Virus record (IMG/VR): IMGVR_UViG_3300031519_003612
Span: 1 to 29,920 of that record
Source: a virus
Lineage: Duplodnaviria; Caudoviricetes
Reading direction: 5' to 3' (one strand)
Length of the DNA: 29,920 nucleotides
Shown in pieces: positions 1 to 8,698 of this stretch. A program made the translations under genes and the position numbers. The notes beneath the pieces were generated by a model, which was given only the letters and a program-made list of their open reading frames with translations, had not been told where the DNA came from and did not search any database. The stretch's first letter is position 1; every line of letters starts with the position of its first letter.

Positions 1-796
1 CTTCTTCTTCAAATAGAACTTCTGCTCTTTCAGGTAGTTGGTCTTTAAACTCTTGTAAGCTGTTAACACAATTCACATGCCCTTCAATACCGAACATATT
101 ATTTGACTGAAATGCAAAATAACAATTTGAAGATAGTTTTGGTTCTTTAAAAACTTTTTTTCTACTAGGATTATTGTCTCCGTATCCTTTAGGATATATA
201 GTATCTGTTTCCATAGAACTATATTGAAACCAATTCCATTCTTTCATAGGCAGCATATGCTCGCAACTTGTATTAATAATTAAATCTGTATTTAAATATA
301 CATCTCTGTATGTTTTAAAAATATCATCACACACGTAATTGATATTATTGTAATCTCTAAATAAACGAGTCTTGGCTATTTGTAAGGCATTGTCATCTAA
401 ATCAATAGCTACAATTTTCTTAACTTTATCAGCTAAAGACGGTATAAGAATACTTCCGTACCAGCTGCCCCAAATAACAACAATTGAGTCTTTATCTAAA
501 ATGTTCAAGTTGTTTACAGCATCTATCAATGCATACTTTGATGCAACTTGATTACTACTAAATGAATCTAACAAGTCATGTTCTAAACTCGGGTTGTATT
601 TTATAGCTGTGAAAACATTTTTTAACAATGATATATCGATATCATCTTGAGGAGAAGAATATACGGCATCTAATAACCCTATAGTATCGTCTTCTTTTAT
701 AGCTGTTAAAACATTGTACAACGAATCTATATTTACATCTTTGTTGCTCAGTGATAAAATACTATGTACTTTATTTAGGTCTTCTCTGTTAATCAT
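1..796 (-). CDS. Class I SAM-dependent methyltransferase-like protein (3' end runs off window)
   Basis: Not in the ORF track. Manual translation from ATG 796 is open to the window edge (MINREDLNKVHS...). It has motif I-like VVIWGSWYG, acidic IVAIDLD after strand 2 and INTSCEHM. Confidence 0.75.
   Translation of the reverse strand, partial: MINREDLNKVHSILSLSNKDVNIDSLYNVLTAIKEDDTIGLLDAVYSSPQDDIDISLLKNVFTAIKYNPSLEHDLLDSFSSNQVASKYALIDAVNNLNILDKDSIVVIWGSWYGSILIPSLADKVKKIVAIDLDDNALQIAKTRLFRDYNNINYVCDDIFKTYRDVYLNTDLIINTSCEHMLPMKEWNWFQYSSMETDTIYPKGYGDNNPSRKKVFKEPKLSSNCYFAFQSNNMFGIEGHVNCVNSLQEFKDQLPERAEVLFEEE
599..715. repeat. Intragenic direct repeat with 96-bp offset
   Basis: ttttatagctgt(g/t)aaaacatt at 599-619 and 695-715, 20/21 identical; peptides NVLTAIK and NVFTAIK. 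Confidence 0.7.
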
Positions 797-797
797 T

Positions 798-2300
798 TTA
801 TTTCCTTATAATATAATTTTTGATTACTAACACATCTAATCCACATTTAAGAAACGTAGCAACTGCATCTTCAGGGGTTTCTACAATTGGCTCTTGACAG
901 TTAAAGCTGGTGTTAAGCAGCATAGGAACGCCTGTAAGCGTATAGAACGCATTTATTAAGTCGTAGTAGCAAGTGTTAAACTCACGCTGTACGGTCTGTA
1001 TACGTGCTGTGCCGTCTACGTGTGTTACGCCCGGAATAGCATCAGACTTAACAGGCATGATACGACTCATGTACGGACTAGGTTGATTAGTATCAAAATA
1101 GTCTTGATAATGCTCGTGCAGTACACTTGGTGCAAATGGTCTAAAGTCTTCACGCAGTTTAATTTTACTGTTAATGATATCTTTAATATCGGGATTGCGA
1201 GGATCAGCAAGTATACTACGATTACCTAACGCTCTATTACCACTTTCGCTAGCACCTTGACACCAACCAACTATTGCACCGTTTGCAATAGCAGCAGCAA
1301 CTTCGATATAGATTTCTTCCATTGGCTTTTGCTGATAGGTCAATCCTTCAAATATACTAGTATCTACATTGTACTCTTTGCCAGCATATACTGTAGGAAC
1401 ATGAGTATTACCATTTAGGATGTAGTCAGCATGCATATAAGTACCAATCGACTGTCCTTCATCACCTGCTGCCGGAGGTACATGCACATTTGTATAATGC
1501 TTTGTAAATTCCTCATTCATATAACCGTTATATGCAACACCACCTGCAATACACAGATTATCAGATGTTTTAAGCGGATATACATATTTCTTAACAAGCT
1601 CGATTGTTACATGCTGTAGTGTAAATGCTACATCTTCTTTGGGAACACGCTTTAAAATGTCTCTTGCACCTTCTGGAAGTCTATGATTGGGATTTTCTAA
1701 ATACTGATGAATCATCGTATAAATTTCATCGTTATATTTTCCAAATCCTACCAACCCCATAACCTTACCTGCGTCAAGGTATCCAAAACCAATATCTTGT
1801 GCTAGTCTGTTCCACAGCCCGCCTATAGAGATTTCTTTGTTTAAGTTAGTAATTGTACCGTGTTTATCAACAAAGATACAATTAAACTGCCATCCACGAC
1901 CGTCAATTGCTAGAATGTCTGACTCTTTGTATCCTGAACTTAAGAAAGCGTATGCTGCATGACTTTGATGGTGATCGATATAATAGTAGCGATCTATGTG
2001 CAGTCGATCCCATAAGTTAGTAGGATTAAACTCTAAAAAGTCTGTATCGGGTAATGTTGCTTGTAGTAAATCTAATACAAACTCTTGTCCTAGATTAGAA
2101 ACAGTAAAGGCAAATACGTGATCTTTATCATAGTTAGGTACAAAATATTCTTGAAAAAACTCTCTACTGTATGTAGGGTCGTGTGGGTTCTCGCGATTGA
2201 GATTGTGTTTTCTTCTATTGTGCCGTTCTATTTGATTATGAAATACACCATCATATGTATTATGATCGTGTATGTTTACTGCTACAGAAAATATTTTCAT
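798..2300 (-). CDS. Carbamoyltransferase, NodU/CmcH/TobZ family
   Basis: Motifs HHQSHAA, DGRG, AGKVMGL, GGVAYN, GDEG, RALGNRSILADP, REDFRPFAP, HVDGTARIQTV, LLNTSFN. Confidence 0.95.
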   Translation of the reverse strand: MKIFSVAVNIHDHNTYDGVFHNQIERHNRRKHNLNRENPHDPTYSREFFQEYFVPNYDKDHVFAFTVSNLGQEFVLDLLQATLPDTDFLEFNPTNLWDRLHIDRYYYIDHHQSHAAYAFLSSGYKESDILAIDGRGWQFNCIFVDKHGTITNLNKEISIGGLWNRLAQDIGFGYLDAGKVMGLVGFGKYNDEIYTMIHQYLENPNHRLPEGARDILKRVPKEDVAFTLQHVTIELVKKYVYPLKTSDNLCIAGGVAYNGYMNEEFTKHYTNVHVPPAAGDEGQSIGTYMHADYILNGNTHVPTVYAGKEYNVDTSIFEGLTYQQKPMEEIYIEVAAAIANGAIVGWCQGASESGNRALGNRSILADPRNPDIKDIINSKIKLREDFRPFAPSVLHEHYQDYFDTNQPSPYMSRIMPVKSDAIPGVTHVDGTARIQTVQREFNTCYYDLINAFYTLTGVPMLLNTSFNCQEPIVETPEDAVATFLKCGLDVLVIKNYIIRK

Positions 2301-3139
2301 TAGATAGTTTCTTCTGCTTTAAGTATTTCAATAATACGTTCTCTCTGTGCAGTTGGCCGCTTTGGAATAATATCAAAGCATTTCCCACAATACTTTTCAA
2401 ATTCAAACAGTTGATAATTCATCATTTTATCAATGTTTTCTTTAGTAACATCAAACTGTCGTGAACCGTTGATTACTTTTCTGCTGCAATGACGAATCTT
2501 TTTAATTTCAAAATCAAACACTGGCACTAGAGGAAACTTAGCACACACTCTGCGATCAAGTTCGGGTGCTTGTACTAGTTCGTGGTCTTTAAAGAAGTCT
2601 GGCGATCTTGAATTATATTCTTTAAATTCGGTATTTTTATGATCCAGCACCGATAGGTCGTATTGTTCTCTATACTTAAAGTAGTTTGGAGTTTCGATAA
2701 TTAAGTTATAGTTGTTTAAATCATTAGGTTCAAAGAAATCATAGTTACCTAATTTTTCAATACGATCTTCGTAAAAATCCAGTACTAAATGTTCGATGTA
2801 AATAATTTCTGGATCTTCTAATACTTCCGGATAAAATTTGCGTATTAGTGAGTTAGACAATACTTGAATTACAAGATTAGGATGCTTTTTAATTTCAGCA
2901 ATAATTTCTCGTAAGTTTTTAATAAGAGCTGGCTCGCCGCCTAGTAAACAAATGCGTGTTTTATAGGGAGCAAGACCTTCTAAGATAGTTCTTACAAAGT
3001 CCATGTCTACATCAAGATTACGCATTTCTAAAGTCCACGCTGTACAGTAGTGGCAACTCTTGTTGCAACTCTTTGTCATATAAAAGTCTACTGTACGGTA
3101 TTCTGAACCTTTTAGATCTGCTAGTGTTTTAATTGCCAT
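2300..3139 (-). CDS. Radical SAM protein with C-terminal Cys cluster
   Basis: CNKSCHYC (CxxxCxxC), LGGEP, SN motif; C-terminal C..C..CGKC. Confidence 0.9.
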   Translation of the reverse strand: MAIKTLADLKGSEYRTVDFYMTKSCNKSCHYCTAWTLEMRNLDVDMDFVRTILEGLAPYKTRICLLGGEPALIKNLREIIAEIKKHPNLVIQVLSNSLIRKFYPEVLEDPEIIYIEHLVLDFYEDRIEKLGNYDFFEPNDLNNYNLIIETPNYFKYREQYDLSVLDHKNTEFKEYNSRSPDFFKDHELVQAPELDRRVCAKFPLVPVFDFEIKKIRHCSRKVINGSRQFDVTKENIDKMMNYQLFEFEKYCGKCFDIIPKRPTAQRERIIEILKAEETI

Positions 3140-3836
3140 TTATTGTTACCTTAATATTTTTTTCAAAGCTAGGAAACTGCCATTTGTCATTTAACGCACC
3201 GTTTCGAAAAGATTTAGGTACGTCGCTATTTAATGCTTCGGCGTGTAGTCTACGATCAATATTGACATTTTCGTATCCTATACCTACTAATAGTTTAATA
3301 TCGTCGTCAGTGTTTAATATTTTTTTAATTTCGTTGCCTTTGAACGCACTGCATATTCCTGTGTAATAACCTAATAACGAAGCAGTAAGAATTAGCTCAC
3401 CGATTGATATTCCAATCGAGTAATTCTTTTGTTCATTTAAAACAGTCATACTTTTTTTGTTATCATTTTGTGCTTTTAAGTGCGTAGCACCTCTAGCGTC
3501 CCCGTTATCATCTATATATACAAATAATACATTAGCTAAAATTTGAGAATTTTTTACAGATTGATTTTCGTATAACCAATCTTCGGTCTTACCGTCAGCT
3601 AATGCTTGTTTAGCGCCTAGTGTAAATTTTTGTGTATTATTATAAATTTGTTTTATAATATCTTGATCTGTATATACAGCAATTCTATAATGGGTTTCGT
3701 TTTGTTTTGAGGGAGAATTCACAGCAGCATAAACAAGTGTTTCTACGTCCTGTGAAGGAACAACTTTAGAAAGATCGTAGTTTCTTTGTGCGTGCTGTGT
3801 TATATCTATAGATTTTTTAATTTGTTCTCGAATCAT
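3129..3836 (-). CDS. Nitroreductase-family (FMN) protein
   Basis: QHAQRNYD, AAVNSPSKQN, LILTASLLGYYTGIC and LLVGIGY match the nitroreductase fold pattern. Confidence 0.8.
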   Translation of the reverse strand: MIREQIKKSIDITQHAQRNYDLSKVVPSQDVETLVYAAVNSPSKQNETHYRIAVYTDQDIIKQIYNNTQKFTLGAKQALADGKTEDWLYENQSVKNSQILANVLFVYIDDNGDARGATHLKAQNDNKKSMTVLNEQKNYSIGISIGELILTASLLGYYTGICSAFKGNEIKKILNTDDDIKLLVGIGYENVNIDRRLHAEALNSDVPKSFRNGALNDKWQFPSFEKNIKVTINGN

Positions 3837-3842
3837 AGTCTT

Positions 3843-3871
3843 ATTATACTACATTGATTCAATAATGTCAA
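3843..3871 (-). promoter_or_regulatory. Consensus sigma70 promoter, probably giving a leaderless mRNA
   Basis: TTGACA (3871-3866), 17-nt spacer, TATAAT (3848-3843), then 6 nt to ATG 3836; no SD. Confidence 0.75.
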
Positions 3872-4473
3872 GTAGAGATATAATCAAATCTTTTATCACT
3901 TTTTACTAAATTTAGTTCTCCGTACATAGTGATCATATCTACGCTATCGATATATTTTTTATCTTTTAAATACTTATATACTAATGCAAATGCTTTTTGG
4001 CTCCTGTCAAAACTAGTTATCCCAGCAATTTGTGTATCGTCGCACAGCGGCAAATATAATTGACAAAAGTGTCCCTTACCGACAAATTTGTTTAACGAAA
4101 AATTACTGCTGTGTAATACACAACCAGAAGTATTTGTTCCTCCGTATACAATAGTAGTATCCTCTGGAGATAATGTAAATCCGACCTTTGATAACTCGTG
4201 TTCTAGATAACTAAAGTTTTTTGTTTTGTCTACCTTTAACCAAGTCCATCCTTTATCTAAGACTGCTTGTTTACAAAGTATGTTAGATCGAGTTTCGATG
4301 TTGCTACCTTGTGATGATAAAGCTGTAGAAACAATTACACATTTTTCTCTATCTAAATAACTATCATTAATTATGTCTTGGAGAGCATACGTCCTATAGT
4401 TTTCTACAAATTCGTCTGCTAAGCCAGGGTGTCCGTCAAAGTCCATTAAAAAAATTAAAGAATTTTTATTCAT
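3868..4473 (-). CDS. Isochorismatase/cysteine-hydrolase-like protein
   Basis: N-terminal LIFLMDF and IVYGGTNTSGCV (GxxTxxCV-type nucleophile motif); SD GGAG upstream. Confidence 0.55.
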   Translation of the reverse strand: MNKNSLIFLMDFDGHPGLADEFVENYRTYALQDIINDSYLDREKCVIVSTALSSQGSNIETRSNILCKQAVLDKGWTWLKVDKTKNFSYLEHELSKVGFTLSPEDTTIVYGGTNTSGCVLHSSNFSLNKFVGKGHFCQLYLPLCDDTQIAGITSFDRSQKAFALVYKYLKDKKYIDSVDMITMYGELNLVKSDKRFDYIST

Positions 4474-4489
4474 ATTTGGTATTTCTCCG

Positions 4490-5977
4490 TTATATAATAT
4501 TCTGATCAGAAGTTTCTTGTTGTCTTTTAAGTGTGCTATCCCAGGATTTAAATAACTGTTCTTTTTCCGGAGTAACTTTTTGCGGAATATAAAATTCTTC
4601 TAATTCAGGAAAAACATCAAACAAGTGCATTTCCCATTTTGTGCCTTCGTAAAATTTATCTCCTTTAAGTAAGTATTCAAATACATCTTGTATATCTATG
4701 TCAGGATCCTGAGGCATTTCTAATGCAGCAACAATATCTGGCCAGTCTTGATATTTTGGTATTAGCTTATCTTTTATTTTTTTTGGAAGATTGTTAGGCC
4801 TTAAATGTTTTGGACTGTCGACATGCGCCCAGTTTAACTGATTGATAACAGGGTGTGCTTTACACCAATCTACAACTTCGTAGAATCTCATAACACTCAA
4901 GAATGACACTAATCCGTTGAAGTCTACAACTACGTTTGGATGTTGTTTAGATAATTCAATGTTTTCAACTACTTCTTGCCAATCAGTTCGTCTTCTCATG
5001 TATTCGATAGTTTTTCCTATGCCATCGACTGATGCAACCATAGTAACACGGTTAAAGTGAGGTATATATTTAAATATATTATGTTTACCTGCCTTGGTCT
5101 TAGTTAAGTTAGTTTGATACTTAATCCTAATATGTTTAGCATGGCCAGACTCAATAAGTGCATCTAACATCTCATAATGTTTTTTCATAATCAATGGTTC
5201 GCCACCGATAATTTTAATACTTTTTATGTATTGAGCAATTTCTAAAATTTGTTCTGTGATTCCTTGAGTCTTATCTTTCATTATGAATGACATTCGTTCT
5301 TCACGAGCGTCATTCATTGGTTTGAATATTTTATCACTCCAAACACCCTTTTTAGCAACTTGCCAGCGTGTTGTAGAATTGTCATGTTGACACATAAAAC
5401 AGTCTAAGTTACATTCGGATCCGTAAATTTTTAATTGTACTTCAAATATTCGACCTGCGCCTTTTAAAGTAAATTCTCCAGTATCTTTAAATTTTGTTAC
5501 TTGTCGTTCGATCTTATTCCAAAAACTGGGATCATTGGTATGTATTTTAAGGCAATTTGTTCTTCTAGACCTTCCGTATCGATCTTCGTCACTTCTACAA
5601 CGTCGGCACCAGTTGTTAACAGCTTTAAGATCAGATCCTACTGTAGTCATTTCTCTCCGTAGGTCGTTCATGTAATCGCTTTTTTCCATCCATTCCTTTA
5701 AAGGAACTTCTTCTACACTAACACCAGAAGAACCACCAAAACAACATGCTTGATACTGTCCGTCAATTTCTGAGTAAATTTGTGTAAATGGAATAGTACA
5801 AAAGTATATATCTTTATTCGTTGCTTGTTGTACAACTGACCCTTCCTTTTTTGCAATTTCTTGACCTTCTTCGTCAAGTCGTTTCCACCATTCTTCTGTA
5901 TTTACATGCCCTGGCGTGGATCGATCTCCAGGACCTCCCTTTGTTAAAAACTCTGGTAAATCACTTTTCTTACTCAT
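4490..5977 (-). CDS. Radical SAM protein with N-terminal SPASM/twitch-like Cys cluster
   Basis: CNLDCFMC, IIGGEP, YQTN; N-terminal FCTIPF...ACC...CRRC. Start placed at the ATGA overlap with the upstream stop (track start 5992). Confidence 0.88.
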   Translation of the reverse strand: MSKKSDLPEFLTKGGPGDRSTPGHVNTEEWWKRLDEEGQEIAKKEGSVVQQATNKDIYFCTIPFTQIYSEIDGQYQACCFGGSSGVSVEEVPLKEWMEKSDYMNDLRREMTTVGSDLKAVNNWCRRCRSDEDRYGRSRRTNCLKIHTNDPSFWNKIERQVTKFKDTGEFTLKGAGRIFEVQLKIYGSECNLDCFMCQHDNSTTRWQVAKKGVWSDKIFKPMNDAREERMSFIMKDKTQGITEQILEIAQYIKSIKIIGGEPLIMKKHYEMLDALIESGHAKHIRIKYQTNLTKTKAGKHNIFKYIPHFNRVTMVASVDGIGKTIEYMRRRTDWQEVVENIELSKQHPNVVVDFNGLVSFLSVMRFYEVVDWCKAHPVINQLNWAHVDSPKHLRPNNLPKKIKDKLIPKYQDWPDIVAALEMPQDPDIDIQDVFEYLLKGDKFYEGTKWEMHLFDVFPELEEFYIPQKVTPEKEQLFKSWDSTLKRQQETSDQNII

Positions 5978-6741
5978 ACTGTTTCTTCCCACTTTAAATT
6001 AAATGCCCATTTCTTTTCATGACACCAAAAACATTGATGACATTCTTTAGTAAAATTATCTGTTTGGTTAGCTGTGCCCACGCATGACCTAGTCAACGGA
6101 AACAATGTTCCCATTAGATTGTTTTCTTGATAAACACCTGCTACAAATTTTTTATCTACATTTATATATGCTTGATAAATGTTTAAAAATTCTTTGTCTC
6201 TATATTTTCGATATTCTTCAACTAACGGAAGTTCCTTGTCTCTTCTGCGTTCAGCCTTTTCATAAAACTCGTATTTTTTCATTTCTTCAGTAGGCGGATT
6301 GCGTGTCATTCCATCTAGTCTTACTGCACCAATATTTTGTTTCATTATATTCCAATTTATTCTATCAACTTGAATAATTTTTGAAATTTGTGTTCTTCTC
6401 ATACCTGTAAACTGCGGATATTTTTTAATAGTTTTATCAACATCTTCAAAACTAACAAAATCTTCAGTTCTGTCATTAAAATCAAATACTTGCCAGTCTC
6501 TAATTTTATTGTTAGGAAATTCTTTTTTTACCCACTCTACAATTTTTTGGGCAGCTACAGCATCCTTAGGAGCATTTTGATCTCTACAAGTTACTGGTAT
6601 TATTTCTATTTGCGGAAAGTGTTTGGAAACTAGATATAACAATGATGCAGAGTCTGCGCCTCCTGATAACGATATTGTTATTAATTTTGGGACTTCTTTC
6701 TTAAATAGCTCTATAGTTTGATTGCTGTGTGTAATTTGCAT
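5974..6741 (-). CDS. QueC-like PP-loop ATPase (adenine nucleotide alpha-hydrolase)
   Basis: SLSGGADS PP-loop and C-terminal TRSC...CHQCFWC zinc motif. True QueC activity is not established. Confidence 0.75.
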   Translation of the reverse strand: MQITHSNQTIELFKKEVPKLITISLSGGADSASLLYLVSKHFPQIEIIPVTCRDQNAPKDAVAAQKIVEWVKKEFPNNKIRDWQVFDFNDRTEDFVSFEDVDKTIKKYPQFTGMRRTQISKIIQVDRINWNIMKQNIGAVRLDGMTRNPPTEEMKKYEFYEKAERRRDKELPLVEEYRKYRDKEFLNIYQAYINVDKKFVAGVYQENNLMGTLFPLTRSCVGTANQTDNFTKECHQCFWCHEKKWAFNLKWEETV

Positions 6742-6760
6742 GTACGCCGTTCCTTTAAAC

Positions 6761-6768
6761 TATTTATG
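6761..6768 (-). promoter_or_regulatory. T4-like late promoter variant CATAAATA
   Basis: About 20 nt upstream of the queC-like ATG, followed by SD AAGGA. Confidence 0.45.
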
Positions 6769-6794
6769 CACCTCTCGAATAGCCCATGCCGTTC

Positions 6795-6825
6795 TTGACA
6801 CTACCAGCACTCTCCTACTTATAAT
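6795..6825 (+). promoter_or_regulatory. Possible antisense sigma70 promoter
   Basis: TTGACA 6795-6800, 19-nt spacer, TATAAT 6820-6825. Confidence 0.3.
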
Positions 6826-7892
6826 GTATCTTTTACTACATTGATAATAAAATTCACTTCGTCGTCTGTAAGCCAGGCATGTACAGGTAGTGATAGTACT
6901 GTGTCAGCTGCCGTCTTAGACGCTGTGCAAGCGTCTCTCCTGCTGTCTAAGCTATCGTACATACTATTTGCACTTAACGGCAGTTCGTAGTGTACACTGG
7001 CGTTTAAAGCGTTCTTAACACGCTTTCTAGTGTCTTTGTCTTTGAAGCGTACAACATATTTGTGATAATTATGGTTAAGACCATTAGACATTCCTTGTAC
7101 TACAAGAGGTAAATCTTTAAATGCTTCATTATATTGATGTGCAATTTGCTGTCTACGTTCTTGATTACGATCTGCATGTCGTAATCTCAAGTTAATAATC
7201 TCAGCGTTAAGCACATACATACGACTGTTATACCCAATCATACTAAAGTCTTTGTCTTTACCGTGTCGTCTAATCATCTTAACATGTTTGGCAATTGCTT
7301 CGTTGTCGGTTAGCACAACACCGCCACCATTAATGCCAGCAATAACCTTGTTACTATTAAAGCTATATACACTACAATCACCTATAGTACCTGCTTTGAT
7401 TCCGTGTAAGCTACTACCTAAACTTTGTGCAGCATCTTCAATGAACAATATACCTTTGTCTTTACAGAACTGCTGAATTTCTGTAGTATCAGTCATGTTA
7501 CCAAACAAGTGCGGGTATATAATTGCTTTAACTTTATCTGAGTACATTCTCTTGATGCTGTCTAAGCTAATATGATATGAATCTAAATCAATATCACAAA
7601 ATACAGGAACAGCACCGACCATACTTACACAAGCACTACTACTAATCCAACTAAAATCTGTTACTAGCACTTCGTCGCCTGTAACAATGCCGTGTGCTAA
7701 CAATGTAAAATGCAGTGCATCAGTAGCACTTGCTACACTAACACAATACTTACGCCCTGCACGTTCTGCAAAACTACGTTCAAAGTCTTCGTTATTTTCG
7801 TAATTCATTTGACTCATAAAACGGTCAAACACATCTAAGTAATCTTGTTTATTTTCTTGGTACTCACGGTCCCACGCATCATATGCTGTCAT
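6819..7892 (-). CDS. DegT/DnrJ/EryC1/StrS PLP-dependent sugar aminotransferase
   Basis: SATDAL, GDEV, GAVPVFCDID, IEDAAQSLG, SFNSNK (catalytic Lys), GGGVV, GYNSRM, LSLPVH. Confidence 0.95.
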   Translation of the reverse strand: MTAYDAWDREYQENKQDYLDVFDRFMSQMNYENNEDFERSFAERAGRKYCVSVASATDALHFTLLAHGIVTGDEVLVTDFSWISSSACVSMVGAVPVFCDIDLDSYHISLDSIKRMYSDKVKAIIYPHLFGNMTDTTEIQQFCKDKGILFIEDAAQSLGSSLHGIKAGTIGDCSVYSFNSNKVIAGINGGGVVLTDNEAIAKHVKMIRRHGKDKDFSMIGYNSRMYVLNAEIINLRLRHADRNQERRQQIAHQYNEAFKDLPLVVQGMSNGLNHNYHKYVVRFKDKDTRKRVKNALNASVHYELPLSANSMYDSLDSRRDACTASKTAADTVLSLPVHAWLTDDEVNFIINVVKDTL

Positions 7893-8572
7893 TGTTTTTC
7901 TCTATCTACAAATTGAAATATATCTTCGAATGGAGCATCAGTATCGGCAATAGACTGTTCAGCAGTTAGTGTTTGCCATTTATACTTCTTTCCTTTTCCT
8001 AATGTTTGTATTAATGTAGGAACAAATTCTATAAATGGAAAATCTGCCCAATCGGTTAGTTGTTTAGGAAAGCAAATATTATAAGAAGTGTCCCATCCTC
8101 GGTCTAATGTTGCTCCTGTGATTGCTTTAGCAAGCATACCTATTTCAACTGCACAAGACTCTCTATTATTTCTATTTACAAACGTAGGGTTTGCTAATTC
8201 CCATAGTGAGTTAGCATTGTCAAATGCAGCTCTATGGAACGCATTAGGTTGAGCTACCCTCGGAGTAACTATAAGTGTATAAGGAGCAGAACGTATATGA
8301 AACAGTCCGTTATTAGGTTTGTAATTATCTCCAGCATTACCTAACGCAACTTCGTCTGTATAAATTTTATTACCTTCACATAAACTCCATAGTTTAAAAC
8401 TTCTATTTTTGTTTGGCCCTAATACGTGAAATTTATAAGGATATCCTTTTTGTTTAGATGTTACGAGAGGATACGCTGTTCTAAGAATTTCTTCAATTTC
8501 TGACTCTGTAGGAATTATTTCTTCATCGTAGTCTACTACATGTTTTCTATTTTTTAATGAATCTTCTATCAT
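7889..8572 (-). CDS. Nitroreductase-family protein (divergent)
   Basis: LKNRKHVVDYD, VTSKQKGYPY, AVEIGM...GWDTSY; ATGA-coupled to degT. Confidence 0.65.
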   Translation of the reverse strand: MIEDSLKNRKHVVDYDEEIIPTESEIEEILRTAYPLVTSKQKGYPYKFHVLGPNKNRSFKLWSLCEGNKIYTDEVALGNAGDNYKPNNGLFHIRSAPYTLIVTPRVAQPNAFHRAAFDNANSLWELANPTFVNRNNRESCAVEIGMLAKAITGATLDRGWDTSYNICFPKQLTDWADFPFIEFVPTLIQTLGKGKKYKWQTLTAEQSIADTDAPFEDIFQFVDREKQ

Positions 8573-8631
8573 ATTATTTCCTTGTTATACGTATGTCCAA
8601 AATGTTATCTAATAAATGTATAGTTTCTAAT

Positions 8632-8697
8632 TTATGCGTCTAAATAATCTTGTTTATTTTCATGGTACTCGCGGTCCCATCCATCATATGCAGTCAT
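8632..8697 (-). pseudogene. Truncated duplicate of the degT 5' end (21 aa, MTAYDGWDREYHENKQDYLDA*)
   Basis: First 60 nt match 7892-7833 at 53/60 positions; 18/20 amino acids identical. Confidence 0.9.
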
Positions 8698-8698
8698 T

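Noticed and set aside
8632-8697. Aromatic-rich 21-aa ORF next to a radical SAM gene as a RiPP precursor
   Set aside because: It is a diverged copy of the degT N-terminus, so a gene remnant is the simpler explanation.
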